Source of the DNA: Raillietiella orientalis
Lineage: Eukaryota
Direction of reading: 5' to 3'
Assembly: GCA_036172245.1 (NCBI GenBank)
Contig: JAYWIR010000020.1
Coordinates: 1,488,001 to 1,552,000, forward strand
Length of the DNA: 64,000 bases
Positions 10,401-25,483 of the stretch are shown in pieces. The notes below the pieces were generated by a model. The model was given only the letters and a program-made list of their open reading frames with translations. It had not been told where the DNA came from and ran no database searches. Each line of letters begins with the position of its first letter. Positions within the stretch are counted from its first letter, which is position 1. A program made the translations under genes and the position numbers.

Positions 10401-13400
10401 CTGGCGATCGTGCGAACGCTAGGTGCAGATAACCTCCGGGTTCTTCACACGAGATCTCATGGAGAAACCGGGAAGCGAAAGCTGCGCAGCCAAAAGAGTA
10501 ATTTTTCACAGAGCTCCGAGAAGCTATCGGGTCCTTCGGAGCTAAAGCGATTTCTCCTCGAGAGAGGCAGGGTTTTCATCCAGCGCCCACGCACCGATGT
10601 GTCAATCGCTCCCGGGCGTATCTGGCAGGGAATGCAGCAAGGGATTTCCGCCAAAGTACCCTCGCCCTTCAGACGAATAGCTGATCCCGAAGGACCCCGG
10701 ATGCAGGCTGACTGATTCGGCTCTTTGAAGATCAACTTCCCTTGAAACACGGGTCTGATACAAACGAAGTGACTTTTCCCGGTTGCCAGGTGTCGCTAGC
10801 GATAGAGAGCCAAAGGAACGGCGTTCTTAGAGGGCTCGTGGCTGCGGTCATCAACACACCGGGAAAGTGATGCGCTTACGCTGCTTCGGATACTCCTGCA
10901 ACAGGAGCAGTTGAAGTGGTTATTTCGCGATGGAGGCACACGCTGCTAGAAAAGTCCCGCTTCGACTTCACAGATCACACACCCCGTTCGCTGGCTCATC
11001 CAACGGAGCCAGCCAATTAAGTAAATCAGCGAGAAGGAACTTCTGAGAAGGGTTGTCATTTTCTAGCGGATGCACGCTGAGGCGGTGATGCAACAGCTTC
11101 GCATCATGCTTGAGCAATGCGTGGAGCAGTTCCGCTTCCCCTATGCTGCCAGCATCGGCGGCACAAAAAACGCTGCTGGCTTTGCATACCAGCGTACGTG
11201 CTTTTTTTTTTTCTTTGTATTTTTTCCTGGCTGTTTCGCAAACTTGTGCTTGCACTCCAGGCGACAGCTGGGTCGGGAACTCCTTCCTTACTCCTTGGAG
11301 TTATTCTTCTGCGACGTTCGGCTGCTGCATCGCAATCCATCCTGTCGATCGGCATGAGTATGAGGAACCGCCACTTGAGAAGAACTCGCGAGCGCCTGCC
11401 TCCTTGAAACACCGAAAGCCCACTCGCAGTATGTGTGGCACCGCTGCCGGGAGCCGTTGGCGTTCTCTCACCAGCGCCGCCCTCGAAGCAAAACCCTCGA
11501 TCACAAATCCGGAAAAAGCAAGGAACTTGCAGGTCCTCCTCGATGGTCAGACGAATGTGCGGAATATGGTCCACCTACTGAAGCAAGGAGCCCTCCAGAG
11601 AAGAAGACACCACGAGCACTTCTCTCCTTCTTCTCCCCTCTCCTCATCCCTGCAAAGGACCTTCTGAAGGGCAGGAAAGACTCGCGCCGACCTCGCCTGC
11701 TCCCACAGGAGGCGTTCCCTGGGAGGTCCGGATTCCGGGGCGCCCACGGAAAGGCAGCGACGGAGGGCAGGGCAAGGAAGGGAGGAGGCGAAGGAGCAGC
11801 GACCAACCAGGGTCTCCTCCTCCGCCTCCGCCACCCTTGCTGAGGTCTCTTCATTCACCTGCCATCAGGAACAGCCGCAAAAACATCCCGACGCTCTGTT
11901 CGCGTTTGCCACAGAAATTCGATCCGGACACGCGGAGCCACTGTAATCACCGTAATCTGAAAACCCACTGCCCACGCCCTTGTTCGCTATTTTATTGCAT
12001 TATCCACCGTGACCTGCAGCTCAGTCCCTAGTCTGACGAAATCTTCAACGACTGATAGGAATGCCGCGATCCGCTCGGAAGACATTTGTTCGTCGAGAGC
12101 ACACAGTTGTGATTGCCACGCTCTCTTTACGAGGATGTGATAACGCCATTTATCTTGTTGCAGCATGACTAGATCCTACTTGATGTTTCAAGCAGCCGCT
12201 CTTTTCGTGACAGTTCTTCTTGTTCCAAGACATTTGGTTTCAAGCCTTACCTCCCCCCCTTTTCATCATTGGCTGCATTCTGCCTATGGATGGCCCGCTG
12301 CTTTCCATTCTACGCAGTTCCTTATATTTTGGGGGGTTTCTGCTTTTCGGCCTCGAAGTCCCGTCCACAAATGGATTTTGAAGCGGGATGGTGAAGTTGC
12401 CCAGGTAAAGTTTTTTTTTTTTTCCTTCTTCATCTGACACCAGCCCAGTTTCGTTATCGAGTGCGGCCGCAGACCGCACCAATCCACCACGGGCAGAAGC
12501 GGAGATTCCACTCTCCAAACACGGTCACCTCGAAATTATTTTTCCTCAGCAGCCTTCCAGAGACAAAGGCATTCCTCCTTTCCCCGACCTATTAAAAAAA
12601 AAAGAAAAAAAAAGCTTGCGCTTCTGTTCCTCACTTCGAGGAAATTGGATTTCCTCGTCTTCCTTCACTTTCATTGTCACCACCACCTCGGAGTAACGGT
12701 GAAGTTCTTGCAGAGCCACGGTGGAAGGTGCTTTACGAAAGCGGCTCGTCTTTTACGACCTGCCTCCTTAGACGATTTCCACTTCGTGATTCTCTCCAAG
12801 ACACCACCACGTTTCGGTTTTCCAGTGATTAGAGGCGCGAGGTTCATTCCAGAACCGTATGATGCTCTTCGAAACAGATCACGTGTCACACATGGCTCCG
12901 ATCTTGATAGGAGTGGGTGTTGAGCTCCAAATTCATTTCCGGGGCAAAGTGTCAATTCGTATTCGAGAGGTTCGTTCTGGCAACGCGCGGCACGGAGAAG
13001 CAGGCGAGCTGAAATCCACGCCACGGTCCTTCTGGCGCACTCCAAGACCCGGGACCTCCCGGTGCGACTGCGAAAGCTCCTTACGAACCCGACGAAAAGT
13101 GTGGTCAGCGTACCGATGCAACGATGGCTGCTCCAAATGGCCTTCATCCTTCACAGAGCGCCTGCAGGCCGCGATGCACCGAATGCACCTGACCTTTTGT
13201 TCACGAGAGAAGCCAAGTACCACCTCCTGATCATCCTACGCATTGCAAAGCACCATCGACTCAGTCGGAACGAACCTCAAGGTCGGGAAAAGATGCCTGT
13301 ACGCATCCTGCCCGACGAAGAGATGCACCCGATCCTATTTGTGGACAGAGACCATCTTTTTCCAGACAAAAATCCGAAAGAGGGCCACTGCTTTTCATCC

Positions 13401-16400
13401 CGATAACCTCTTCGACCGCGAATTTTGTTTCATGCTATCATTCCAAAGTTGGTTTGCGATACCCAAGCTGCTTGGTCGGGTTTTAAAAACGCTGCAAGCA
13501 TCAATTAAAGGTTTCCTTTTGACCCTTTTATGAAGCACACTTAAAAGATGCGAATGAATGATGAGGTGGTTTAAAAAATAAGAAGCGGAAACATGAAAAA
13601 GAAAAAAAAAAGGGGGGGGGGGGACAGAACAGCCTTCGAAACGCGACACATGAGATCCTCCTCCCTCATTTCAAGAGTTTGAATCTTCGGTTTTGTCGTT
13701 GTTAGTTCAAAGTTCACACGGAAAAGGCTGTAGGATAGGTTTATTTTTATCGCCTAACCCTACACTGAAGAATCTGAATTCCGTGCCTTATGGATGCAAG
13801 CAGTGATGAGAGCACCTTTGTGGAAGACCATGGAGGAGGATGCACTTGGTGAGCGCACCCAAAGCATGAACTGCTGTGCCCTATTTTCTGGGCAGCTGCT
13901 GACTGTTGGCATGATTCTACGGAGGTAATGAATCCAGATCCATCAAAAACTAGACACTCAAAGAAGCTGTAAAGCTTCGAATGAGCCAAGGGGGAAGCAA
14001 AAGCCATTGAAAGAAATTCGAGCCATTTTCTAGGATGAGAGAGGTTTGTCTATTCTTTTTATTATGGTCCTTGCCGCGGTTGCAAGGAGAAACGTATTTA
14101 TAACAACGGATAACCGCGCATTTGTAGCCATCTTCCGAGTTCAAGCAATGTACACAAACACAATCTTTGAGAATTCGACCAAGCCCCACACTTTTGTTAA
14201 CCTACTTTGTGCTGTGAACCTTCCGAATCTTTCTACATCAAAGTCATTTGCTAACAGAGCTTACGTACTACTAATAGTAGCCGCAAAGGTGTCTGAGGTG
14301 TCCGCACTGAGAAAAGGGCAACCAGAAGAGCCGTCCGCCACTACTGCCACTTTCCTGTCCCACAATGGGATGCCGATCAAAAATCACGAAAATGGAATTC
14401 ATGACTTACTGGGAGTTTCGTTTATCGAATGTGGGAAAGGACAGGAAAACGACATGCGAAATTTCTTCTCTTTTTTAATTTGCCTGTTTTTGTTATTTTT
14501 TCCGCCATCCTTAATTGTCATTATCGTTTTTTTTTTTAATTTTTATCATTCGATGCTTATATATTTCTTCCATTCCATATACTGTGCATAAATATACATT
14601 AACACATATATTTAATTTTATGATCTTTAATGTGTATATCAATAATGTTTTTGTACGCATTATTAATTACAACAATAATATATAAGTTAAAACAAATTTA
14701 TACATTAATATGTGTAGAAACGAGTACATTAACATGCACGGCGAGCACATATACTGTTAATTTGTTATAAACTTGACACAATATATATTAATCTGCATAC
14801 TAATGCATATACAAGTACATTACTGTGTATCACATATATCGGTACATTAGTATATGCACTTAAGATCTTTCGGGATTTTGCACCTAACTCCTTACTGTGT
14901 GACACCTGCGACCAGCTTAATGAACGAGTGACCACTTGCGCTGCTTCGAGCGCCCGAAAATTGGACGAAATGCCTCCTTGGTAGCTCCTCCGAAAGGTCA
15001 GCACACGACACCAATCAGCAGAAGGACCATAAGGTGCTGCTGCCGCTAAGCGAGGAAAGGCGCGCAAGCCCTTGATTAGTGTTTGGCGAGACACTGCTAA
15101 ATCCGTATGCACGTGAGATGCGGCCGTCGGAACGGAGGTCGAATCCGGAGGTGAAGAATGAAGAGACACGTCCTGGGTCCACTTTATGACCGCGTTTATG
15201 GGAGAAGAGCCGCAATTCCATCGTCCGTCCTTCCCGGCTCACTTCCAGACCCCCATTCTCCGTAATTTATAATCGAAATGTTTGCCCTGGCCGCAGCTTC
15301 TGCTTGAGAGTTTATTTTTGTATTCGCCTCGAAGGCTGCAATCGTCAGAGGGCTGAAGACCAGACCTTTGGATCCCTCCCCGACCATCCAGTCGAATCTC
15401 AATATCGATAAATCCGATAAGGAGAAGAACCGGTGCGATTATCAGATACGGGAGAGCGAGGCACGTCAGCGCCCCAAAGGATGGAACAGCGCAAGAGCAA
15501 CCAGCGTAGGGGGTCGCAAGTTTCCGAAACCAGGAGACCGTGCACGCGTTGTACCGTCGCAGAAGACGCCACAGAGCACACGTATGAAGACGGAGACAGG
15601 CATTCTACGAATGACCGCACCGTTTCTAGCGGACTTTGAGACGGATCGCAGCACGGCAGTTCCGTTTGAGAAAACATCTCGATTCCGTGGGGCGCCACCA
15701 GATTTGCGAAAGATGAGCGTGCTGAGTGTTATTCTGCGCGGGGACTCTCCCAACAGACCACGTAGATACGGCGTTTAGAGGAATGCACCCCGGAACCCTT
15801 GTGTGCCTATGCCACAAGATAAACACCGAATCTCAGTGTACAGAAGTAAAGAATGAATTCGGTTTGTGTTGCTTGCAACGAACAAGGAGTGGGAGGGGGG
15901 CGAGGGGCTTAATGCTCGCAAGCTCCTTCGTTCCGATCGGAGAGCACAATTGTGTGCAGTGGTCCTGGGATTCTTGGTGTAGTGCTGCATCGGCGAAGGG
16001 CTTTCATGCTCGCTACGAAGAAATGAAAGCCAAAAACCGTCCTCCTGCAAGAGCCAAAACACAATGACAGAGCATTGTGTTTTGTCACTTTGGTTATTCT
16101 TAGCTCCGTCGTCACATCGGAGGAGGCTGGAGCGTTTCCGACTCTCTTTCTCTGCTCTTCATTTTCGCCTCCCATCTTCGCAGCTCAGTCGCCGCAGTGG
16201 AAATTCGCCTCAGAGATGGCAGCAAGACCAGAAGAACCAGTCCAACTTTTATAGATACGTAAAAACGGCGAAGATGCACCCCTCGCTTTCGTTTCCGCTG
16301 TCTGCATTGCGATCTGAGAGATGCAGCTTTTTTTGAATTGCTTTCATTATCGGCTGATGATGGCAAGCATTCAACTCGTGTCCCACTGGTTCACTGCTGG

Positions 16401-19400
16401 ACAGCTGGGCCCAAGGCATGGTCAAACAAAAACTACGCGATACCTGTAATTTTCCTTTCAGTTTAGGATTACGAAGGAACGTGGGGAAGAAAAGCATGCC
16501 CCAGCCATTTCCTGTCTCCCAAAGATCACGAGCCTTTCGAAAGGATAGAAAACGCTCCAGCATGAAGTGAAAACGCAGCTCAAGAAATTCAAGAGCGCGG
16601 TCCGCTAAATGACAGCACCATTGCATCAGTGTGCGTTCAGGTTCGTGCGTTCCTATAGATGCTCTCCTAAGATGAGAACCAGAAATTCCCAACTGCACTT
16701 CTGGCTGTATTATATTTCATTACGCCATTTCCAAGTGCAAGTTTCCAGTTTCATTTCAAGGTTCTTTTTTAAACGACCGTAACTCTGTTATTACAGTTTT
16801 CTTGTACGGGCTGTGGTTGGGAAATAGCTCTTCAGATCATCACAAACATCAATTGGAGACACACACCAGTGCCTCATGATCCTGAGATACGCTATCGCGT
16901 TGTCTGGGAGACTATCTGCTGTTGCATCACTGGAGTTTTTTTGTGGGGCTATTCAGGAACACTTGCAGCTTGGGCCTTCCGCGACATCGGTAGATGACCC
17001 GGTCGAGGGATCGGCATGCCCCTCCATGTGTCTTCACGAACCCCGAAAAGAAAAGAAAAACAGTACAGCCGGACTTCAGTCGTGAAACCACGCTCTCCAA
17101 GGTGTCAGTTCCTCAACAGGCGACGGTCCACCTCCATTCTGCCGCAGCAAGAAAAGGTCGTCTTCCGTCAGCTGATGCAGGCAAGAACCGCCTATGGATT
17201 CAAAATGAATTTCGATGGCGAAAGCAAACCGACGCGTGCTGGACACCCTTTCTGTCCGGAAAACAGGAACCTCCTCATTCCATTTCACAAAATTTCCAGA
17301 CCAGGATACACTGGCTCAATGTGAGCAGCAGTGCTTCCTTCAGGCAGGTTTGCTCATCCACGTGCAGTATTGCCGCTCTTAGAGATGCCAGCGCTTTCCG
17401 AAGCCAGATCCTAGGATAAGAACCATCCCGATGCCTCTTCGCCATGTTTCACAGTTTTCCGGCGATAACATCTCCTCTATCAGCTTTTATTTGCTATGTT
17501 TCTTGACCGTCGCCGTACCACATCTTTGGGAGCATACAGCTGCGTTCTTACTGCTGAGCCGAGCCATAAACTTGTACCATGGAAATTCCAAAAGGGCGAA
17601 AACCCGAGACAAAACTGTCCTAAAGGAGACGTGGGGTTCTCCGCACCACGGCAAACATAAAGTCGAAAAAACTCAGTCATGCCGACATTCTTTTTTTTTT
17701 TCCTTTCCAGTATTCGAAGAGTTTTCCGGCTAATCACCGTTCCTAGCTTGACGGCTGGAAAGAAAACGACATCCACAGTACACCTTTCCATCAAAGAACG
17801 GTAAAGACACGAAAAGCTAAGAAAGGAACAAGCAAGAGGAGTGCGGCTGACAAACGAGGTTGGACGGCTGATGCCCATTTGCCACCGCTAGGGGGCAGTG
17901 TGTGTGCGGGGATTCCAGATCTTGCTCCTTCGTTTTTCTTTTGATCGCTGTCATTTTCAGCCTCTGTGGAATTCCTTCCTTCCTTTTAATAGCCTTCTTT
18001 CGTCTTTCCTGTGATGTCGCTGCTCTTCGCTTTCGATCGCCGATGTCTCGAGTTCATTTGGGGAACATTGTTCCTCTGTGATTCATCTCCTCCTTCCCGA
18101 AACTTCGGTGCCGCGGACGAAGTTGGAAGCTCTCCTAACGAGATGGACGGCACACAATGCAGCTTTCTGGGAGTGCCTGGGCAGCACTCCCAGAAACCTT
18201 CGATTTCGAGTCAGGAACAGGAAATGCGAGTTGCGAGCTACCAAGGGTCTCCAATCCCTTGTGTTTGGGTGGTCTGACCCATGCACAGATCACGAGATCG
18301 AGCAGCGAGACAAGAAACGAAAAAGAAATCCTGACGATCCGAAGCAGAGTCGGAAAACTTTGGAAAATTTCACGTTTCGAGCAGATATCCTTCGAAGGAT
18401 CGCCTCGCGAGTTTCCTCTCCTCCAGCAGGAACAAGCGAGACTTTCCCCCAACAGATTTTTCACCGCTGGCATTCCTCACCAACATCCGATTTTCTTTTC
18501 CTTTTTCATTTTTGCCTTTATTTTCGCCAAACAAGATCGTGTGAAACGAGAGGCAGGCGCGCGCCGCTGGTCTCCTGGAAGCTCGGTCTGCGAGCGCGGA
18601 GATTAGAGGAATGCGAGCTGCCTCCTTGCATCTTGCACGCTCCGGAGATAAAGACGGGGGAGCGACGCGCGCTCCCACCACCACCATCGCCCGACTTTCC
18701 TCCAAGCAGGGGGAACGCTTCCACCGCACCGCGGATCCCGAGGTGACACGGGCGCACGCAAGCGAGCTGGTGGTGGTCGCACGATGGGAACACGGCGCAG
18801 TTGCAAACACTGATAAAAGCCGAGGCGAAAGGCGTCTCCCTGCCGCCAACGAGGCATCCCTGGCTGGGATTCGCATTTGGTGCGCCGTTCGCAAGAGCTG
18901 CAGGGTGGGTTTTCGTCGACCAGGCTGAGTGGAAATCGAACGGCTTCAGCTCTTGGGGGTGCGCAAATCGAAAAGACGGTACAACAGATGTTGCCGATGT
19001 TTCGTCAAAGCCATATGGGCGTTGTTTGCTACGGAGCGAGCGAGCATCGTGGGTTTCCGTTAATAAAAGGGCGTTTTCGGTGGTGAAAGTGAATTCACTT
19101 CGTGTCTGTTTTTCCAGTTGCAACGAAAAAAAAAAAAAAAAAAAGGAAAAAGCTCTTCGTAATGACGTTTGGACATTACAGGCTATGACCAGATTCCAGA
19201 TGATGAAACGCATTCGGTCAGGTCGTTTCGTGGCACAGGCACAAAGGGCTTGGAGTCGAGCGATTCTCACGCGGCAAACTCGTTTCGCTTTCACTTGAAA
19301 AGGAGTTGTTTAAGGGTTTACTTATCTGCGACTTTTCTTGGAAGTGTTCGGAAGGTGTTTTCTTTCCTAGTCGTGTTTGTTTGTCAAAAAGCGGACGGGG

Positions 19401-19719
19401 AAGAAGGGGGGAGGGGGAAGAAAACGAATTGAGAGACTGCTGCGTGAACTGAAGTTCAGCAAGAGGAGTCACCGATTCCGCAAGTGGACGCTTCGTTTGC
19501 ATGTCTTCCGCGAATACGTGCGAAGAATCACACTTTCCTAGGCCGACGATTCCATGCATCCGTGCTCGTCGTGTGCATCGCGAAGTGTCACTGAAAGCGG
19601 AATGTCCCCCCCCCCCCCCCACACACACACACACATGTGCTCCTTGGCGTTCTCTTTCACGCTTGCGAAATGAGCGCGCATTTTTTATTTTTTGCTTTCG
19701 AATGCACAGATGGATATAC

Positions 19720-19753
<34 letters not shown>

Positions 19754-22700
19754 TTGGGTGATCCGATCTATGTACAGATCACGATCCACGAGACAAGAAA
19801 TGGAAAACAAATCCTGACGATCCGAAACAGGGAGAGTATATACGTACGGGAAAGAATCTGAAATGCTTGCACACTACGTAGCTGTACGAAACTTTCGAGT
19901 TGCTCAAACGGTATTTTAGAAGGCAAATCTGTGTCTCGCCCCATGCAATTCAATCTTGGTCCCCCCCCCCCCAAAAAAAAAAAAAAAAAAAAAAAACCAC
20001 CCGACCTTCTCGAGGCAAAGCTAAACACATAATAATAAATATGGCCGCCTCCTAGAGCTGCGGAACCTCAAGTTCGCATCCGTAATCAGAGCAGTAATTA
20101 AACGAAGTCCATCAAATGTGTGTTAAACCATGAATAAGATTCCCACTCCTCTTAAAAAGGAGAATAAAAAAAAAAAAAAAAAAAAGACACTTCGGCCGAA
20201 GCTAGCACAGGCTTGAAATGGAGACTTCCGACGGCGCCAGAGCGCACCAGAAAGTGTGGCCACTGGGGCAGGAGCCACGAAGCCAGCAAATGCGCATGCT
20301 CTCCTTACCGAACTATGTTGGGGCGCTTCTGCGTGTAGTGATCGTTCTCGTTTCTTATAGGACTAGAATCGCACGATATCGAAGCACCGATCACTGACTT
20401 GGTCGAATAGGCGGCAGGATGGACGAGGGTCGAATTCCTGGCAGGAACGAACGTCGAACTGGCGGTGACATTGCCGATTGGAGAGCTACTGCCATAAGGC
20501 TCGTCGCCGCTCCTCCTGAAGTCTCTGTCTGCAAACTTTCGTACTAATCTGGGACTTTTCAGGTGAATGGACTTGTGCAGATCAACGGAACTTCCAGGAG
20601 GAAAACTGTTTTTGTCTTGGTAAGAGGGAGAGGACGTGGATGTCTTAAAACTCGAGAAGGAATTGCTGGTGGTCGATCGCAGTATCGAATTCAGACTGCT
20701 ATCACTGAAATGGCTCCTTTGTGCAATTTCGGGCTCGCTGGTCTTGGCAGGTGAAGAGTAATGGGACGTGGAGACATCCTTCCTCAGAACGACGCTTGTG
20801 TCGAAGTCATCCTCCAGGAAGTGTTCTTTGACGTCTGCATCCATGAAACGAAAATCAAGATCATTCAGTCTTTTCTTGTCGTCCACTTTCAAGTCCGGCA
20901 TGTTCTGGATGTCGACGAGCATGCTTTCCACTATGGAGTCCAGCTCGAGCTTGTCGTTCGACAGAGACTGCTTGATGGCGTCGCTGTTCTTCCCCGCGAC
21001 AGAGTCAGCTGCACTCATTGCTTGCTTCCCGAAGGAACCGACGTCGCAGTTGTGTTGCGGGCTATGCGGGCTCCCGATCCCTGTTTTGTTGTGATCACTG
21101 TTCGACGATATCCCACTGTCCATGGAGATGGTGTGCGCCTTGTCGACAAAGCCATCCGCCTCGTGGGATGAATTCGCCTCGGTTGGGCTTGGAGTAGGGC
21201 TCTTTTTTTTCACTACCGAAGCATACAGCGAACCGTCGATGGGTCCCGGCGTGTGCTGAACTGACGACTCGCCACAATCTGGAACAGCGAGATGCACAAA
21301 AGCTGCAGGAAAACAAAAGGAAGCGAATTCGAAAGGGAACGAAAGCGTCACGTGTCTTACAGAAGAGCGGGCGATGAAGGAAGGAGAAAAAAAAAAAAAA
21401 AAAAAAAAAAGGAGAGGAAAAAAGCTGGAAAGAAAGAAAGAAAGAGAAAAAAGCACACGCCTATCGACTCCAAGTCGGAATCGCTGCAGAATCAGAAAGA
21501 AATACGAACTTACGAAGCATTCCATCCTCTGGTAACGACGAACGAATTCAAATGCGGACGGATTGCTCCTCACAAACGCACGTCACCCCGTTTTCCCTTC
21601 CCACGTGCACGCTACGCACCACACGCACTGCCCGACTGCACGGGAAAACAACTAAAAATATGCGCACATGCCGGGGAGATTTAAATAACGTGAGACGGTT
21701 TTGCCTCTGGAGCTTCTAACGTGGGTGGTGGTGCGGGGACCGTACACACACACACACACGTGCACGGGATTGGTGTGTTTGCAGCGGGAACACGCCGGGC
21801 AGCGATGCCTCCGAAATACCAGAAACCACGGGCGAAGCGCAAAAGTTCTGGAAACGGGATTTTCGAGGAGCTCCCGAGCAGTTAATTGCGAATTATCATC
21901 TTGCTTCCTCCGGGGTACGGGCTTTGCCGAATCCGTCTATGCCTTTTAAGGAATGCAGAGTTCGTCAAATTGAGTGACGTCACCAAAGAGTGAAACGTCG
22001 GAGGCTGCATTCTTACTCTGGAACGGAGAACTCGAAATCGGTATTTGCTTGTCACCTCTTCACATTACCAGTTGTAAAGATACCAATTAAATGTATCATT
22101 TCTTTGAAAGAGGGAATGTTAGTAGGAAACAGTTCGAATTTTATTTTTCGATTTTTTTTTTTTCTGAAACAAACACGCGCGCGCGCACACACACGCACAA
22201 CACAACACAACGTAATCAAAAAGGAAAAATCAGCAAGCCATAAGGCATCTGTACCACTTTTTTGAGGTTTTCAGGTTCTGCGTGAGCCGTCGCTAGGTGC
22301 CAAATTTCCCACAAAACACTCGAGTTTTTGGCATGCAAGTGTCTGAGCAATGGGAACGCAGAAACGCAAACGTTCCCATAAGTAACGCATCGCTCAGGTA
22401 TCTTGATTATCAACCTTAGAAACTGATATCAAGAACTGGTTATGCGGAAAAGCATTCTCACGTATCCAGTCCTGTTGATATGTGAAAAGAATCTGAATCA
22501 GGGACAAGTTCAATAAAAAGAGCGCCGGCAACTGTCTCCTTGAGCCGGGAAAAAGTAGTTCACACCGAACGTTTTTCTGCTGGCACGAAAAGAATCACAC
22601 ACACACACACAAAAGAAATATAATAAAAGAAAAAAATTACGGACACCGGAAAATTATAATGACTTCGTATTGAAGATGAATGAGAAAAAAATCGAAACAG

Positions 22701-25439
22701 AACGAACCTTGCGAAAAAAGAGTGAAGAACTCTCGCAGACCTTACGGAAAGGATCTCTGATTCTCGTAAGATGCAGCTTCCCCAAAACAAAGGACGCAGA
22801 AACGTGACTCTGCGAACGCGGAGCAAAGCGCCGGCTGCAACCACGAACGGATCTTGGCAGTCTCCGGGCGCGGCGCAAATCGGGATTCTGCGGACAGGTT
22901 GCGAACGACACCACCGAGAAACATCTCAGGGAGGAGGAGTTGGCTCCGGAGGAGTTCGAGGTGTTTTAGCGGTTCAGCCCCAGCAAAGACGCCAAGCGAG
23001 GCTCTGCGAGAATCTCTCCCCCACACAAACGAGGAGGCCCACTCGTTTTCCCCTGCCCATCCGATCTCCCATTAAATCACCTCGGCAGCACTAGGTCGCA
23101 ATGAATTAACGTACAGAAGCAGAGCGATTCCCTCGAAATTTCCATCCAGGCAACGATGAAAATACAACGAAACGGAGAAATTCATTTGGAAGGAGCGGCG
23201 TCGGAAACCGAGATGGCCAACGTCCAAACCACTTTTACATGTAGAACAATAATTTATGTTAAACTATATTGAATGTTTAATTCCACGATGATTTATCACA
23301 GCAATCTGTTAGAAAATTCGCTTGCTCTGCCCGAAGAAACCCCGCAATTTATTTTGATTTCATTTTTGCGACGAGACGTTCCTTCTCTGGAAAAAAAAAA
23401 AAAAAGGAAAAAATGCAAATTTCCGCATTACGAACGAGAAAATTAGATTTGGTCTACAAGAACGTCCTGTGGATGTTTTTCTCCATGTCCACTTTCTAAA
23501 TTCCTGAAAATACTGATCGCCCGTCCCTTTTTTTCCCTATCTGTTCAGCACCGCAGTCGTTCTTGCTAATAAGATTGGCGTACAAGAAACGAGATAGCAC
23601 GCGCAAGGTTCCTTGAAGATGTCCAACACAAATCCTTGCAGTGCAATTTAAAAAAAAAAAAACACACACACACACACACACACAAGGAGGACAGGGGTCC
23701 TCATCTGAGCTCTCGAACGAAAGAATTCCTCCACTCTACCACCACTCCCGTTTTCAACCGTCTCCACACTAAAAGGGGCTATCCAGCTGAATCTCCTGCA
23801 CTGAACTGCTGTTCTCCAAAGATCGAAATCCTCAGCATGCGAATGGCCTGCAACACGAAAACTAACGAATGCTCTTTGTCTTTCATTGACGCTTTGGTTG
23901 ACGTATCATGGTGATGATACTTTCAACGCCTCCATGAAAGAACCATCGGAGTGACTCGGAGCTCCGGCTCAATGGTCACTGCTGCTTTCATTTTGTGACC
24001 GGGTCCGAAAGTCCTGACCAATTTCAAGAACAGGACGAGCATTCCCTTCTCTTTAGGGAGCATTCCATTCACAAAATGCTGCTCCTGTCGGGCGTTTCTC
24101 TCTTTAAGTGATGCGCTAATTTTCATCGCAGATCTACTTGTTGCAGGATGAACGGAAGGTATTTTTCATCTTTTCGCCATTTTTCATCATTTAGGGAATC
24201 ATCGCTAAGTGATAAGAGTTTCCTACCCCGTGAGCCCGTTCCGTCCCACAGAAATACATTCTTTCATGATAAGGGGACCGTGCTCGCTGAGTGAAGAAAC
24301 CAGAGAAGCAAAAACGAGTTTATGACTTCGGAGAGCAAGACTTTTGGCAACGTCACACGCATGATAATTTAATCCACACTGTTTACAGATATCCGGGAAG
24401 ATAGCGAGCAAGAGATGGTCTGTTGTCAGGTGATCAGCAACATTCCCAACGTACTTTGCAGTCCGAGAGCTCGTTATGCCGTCCGGGAAGAATCACAAAT
24501 GAGCGGTTGAAAAAGCTCCATCGGCACACTGTTATGACAACCGGGGAAGAGAAATCGGTATGAAAAGAAGGCTGACGCTCGAACCAAGCAACCTCCCGAG
24601 ATGAAAACGAACTCTAGGAAATGGAGAATGGAGTGCTCCGAGGAACAGCTCGCATTAATTACAGGAAGAATATTACTAATTCTGCACTCGAAAAAAATGG
24701 TTTCGTGTTCATCTCTTGATGGAGAGTGGACGCACCTATGAAAGCAGAATTGCAACTTCATCAGGAACGGGAAAAATGGATCACAGCTACGAAAAAAAAC
24801 CTGATAATAAAACGCACATAAAAACAAAAACAAAAAAAAACAAGTTGCCATCATTTCAAGCTTTTATGTAGGTTCGTGAAGTTTCCGATTTACTGCAGGC
24901 ATCTGAGAACTCAATCGAAATTTGATTTCATGGAACCTCGTCCAAAGAAATGCAGCATCTCAGCCTCTGTGACTAGGAGGAAACTTGGTTTCAGAAGAGA
25001 CGCTCTACTGAGGAAATAATCACTGCCAACGAGCACGCAATTCTGGAATATTTTCTGGTTTCCTGTAAGCACGAGCAGGACCGGAGCTTCGGGAACACTT
25101 TGAAAAATTGAACTCCAATGCCTGAGAGCACAGACCACAGAGAAAGTAGGCAAATGAGACCATATACATCATCCATTATGGATGATCAACCTATATAGGA
25201 AGATGAGTACGTCCAAAGCCGCCGGAGACTCCACTGCGGCATCTCACTTTATGCCGAAATGGATTTATCGGCGATGCATAGAAAGTTAAACACTGACTTT
25301 CGGAAATCAAGGATCTCCCACAGCCAGCCAGCTTGGCAGAAAGCAAGTACCTACTTCAAAACAACGGAAAATGGTTTCTGGTACTAAGATTTATGATTAA
25401 AATAAAAGAAACTACATATATATATAGTTTGTGTGTGTT

Positions 25440-25483
<44 letters not shown>

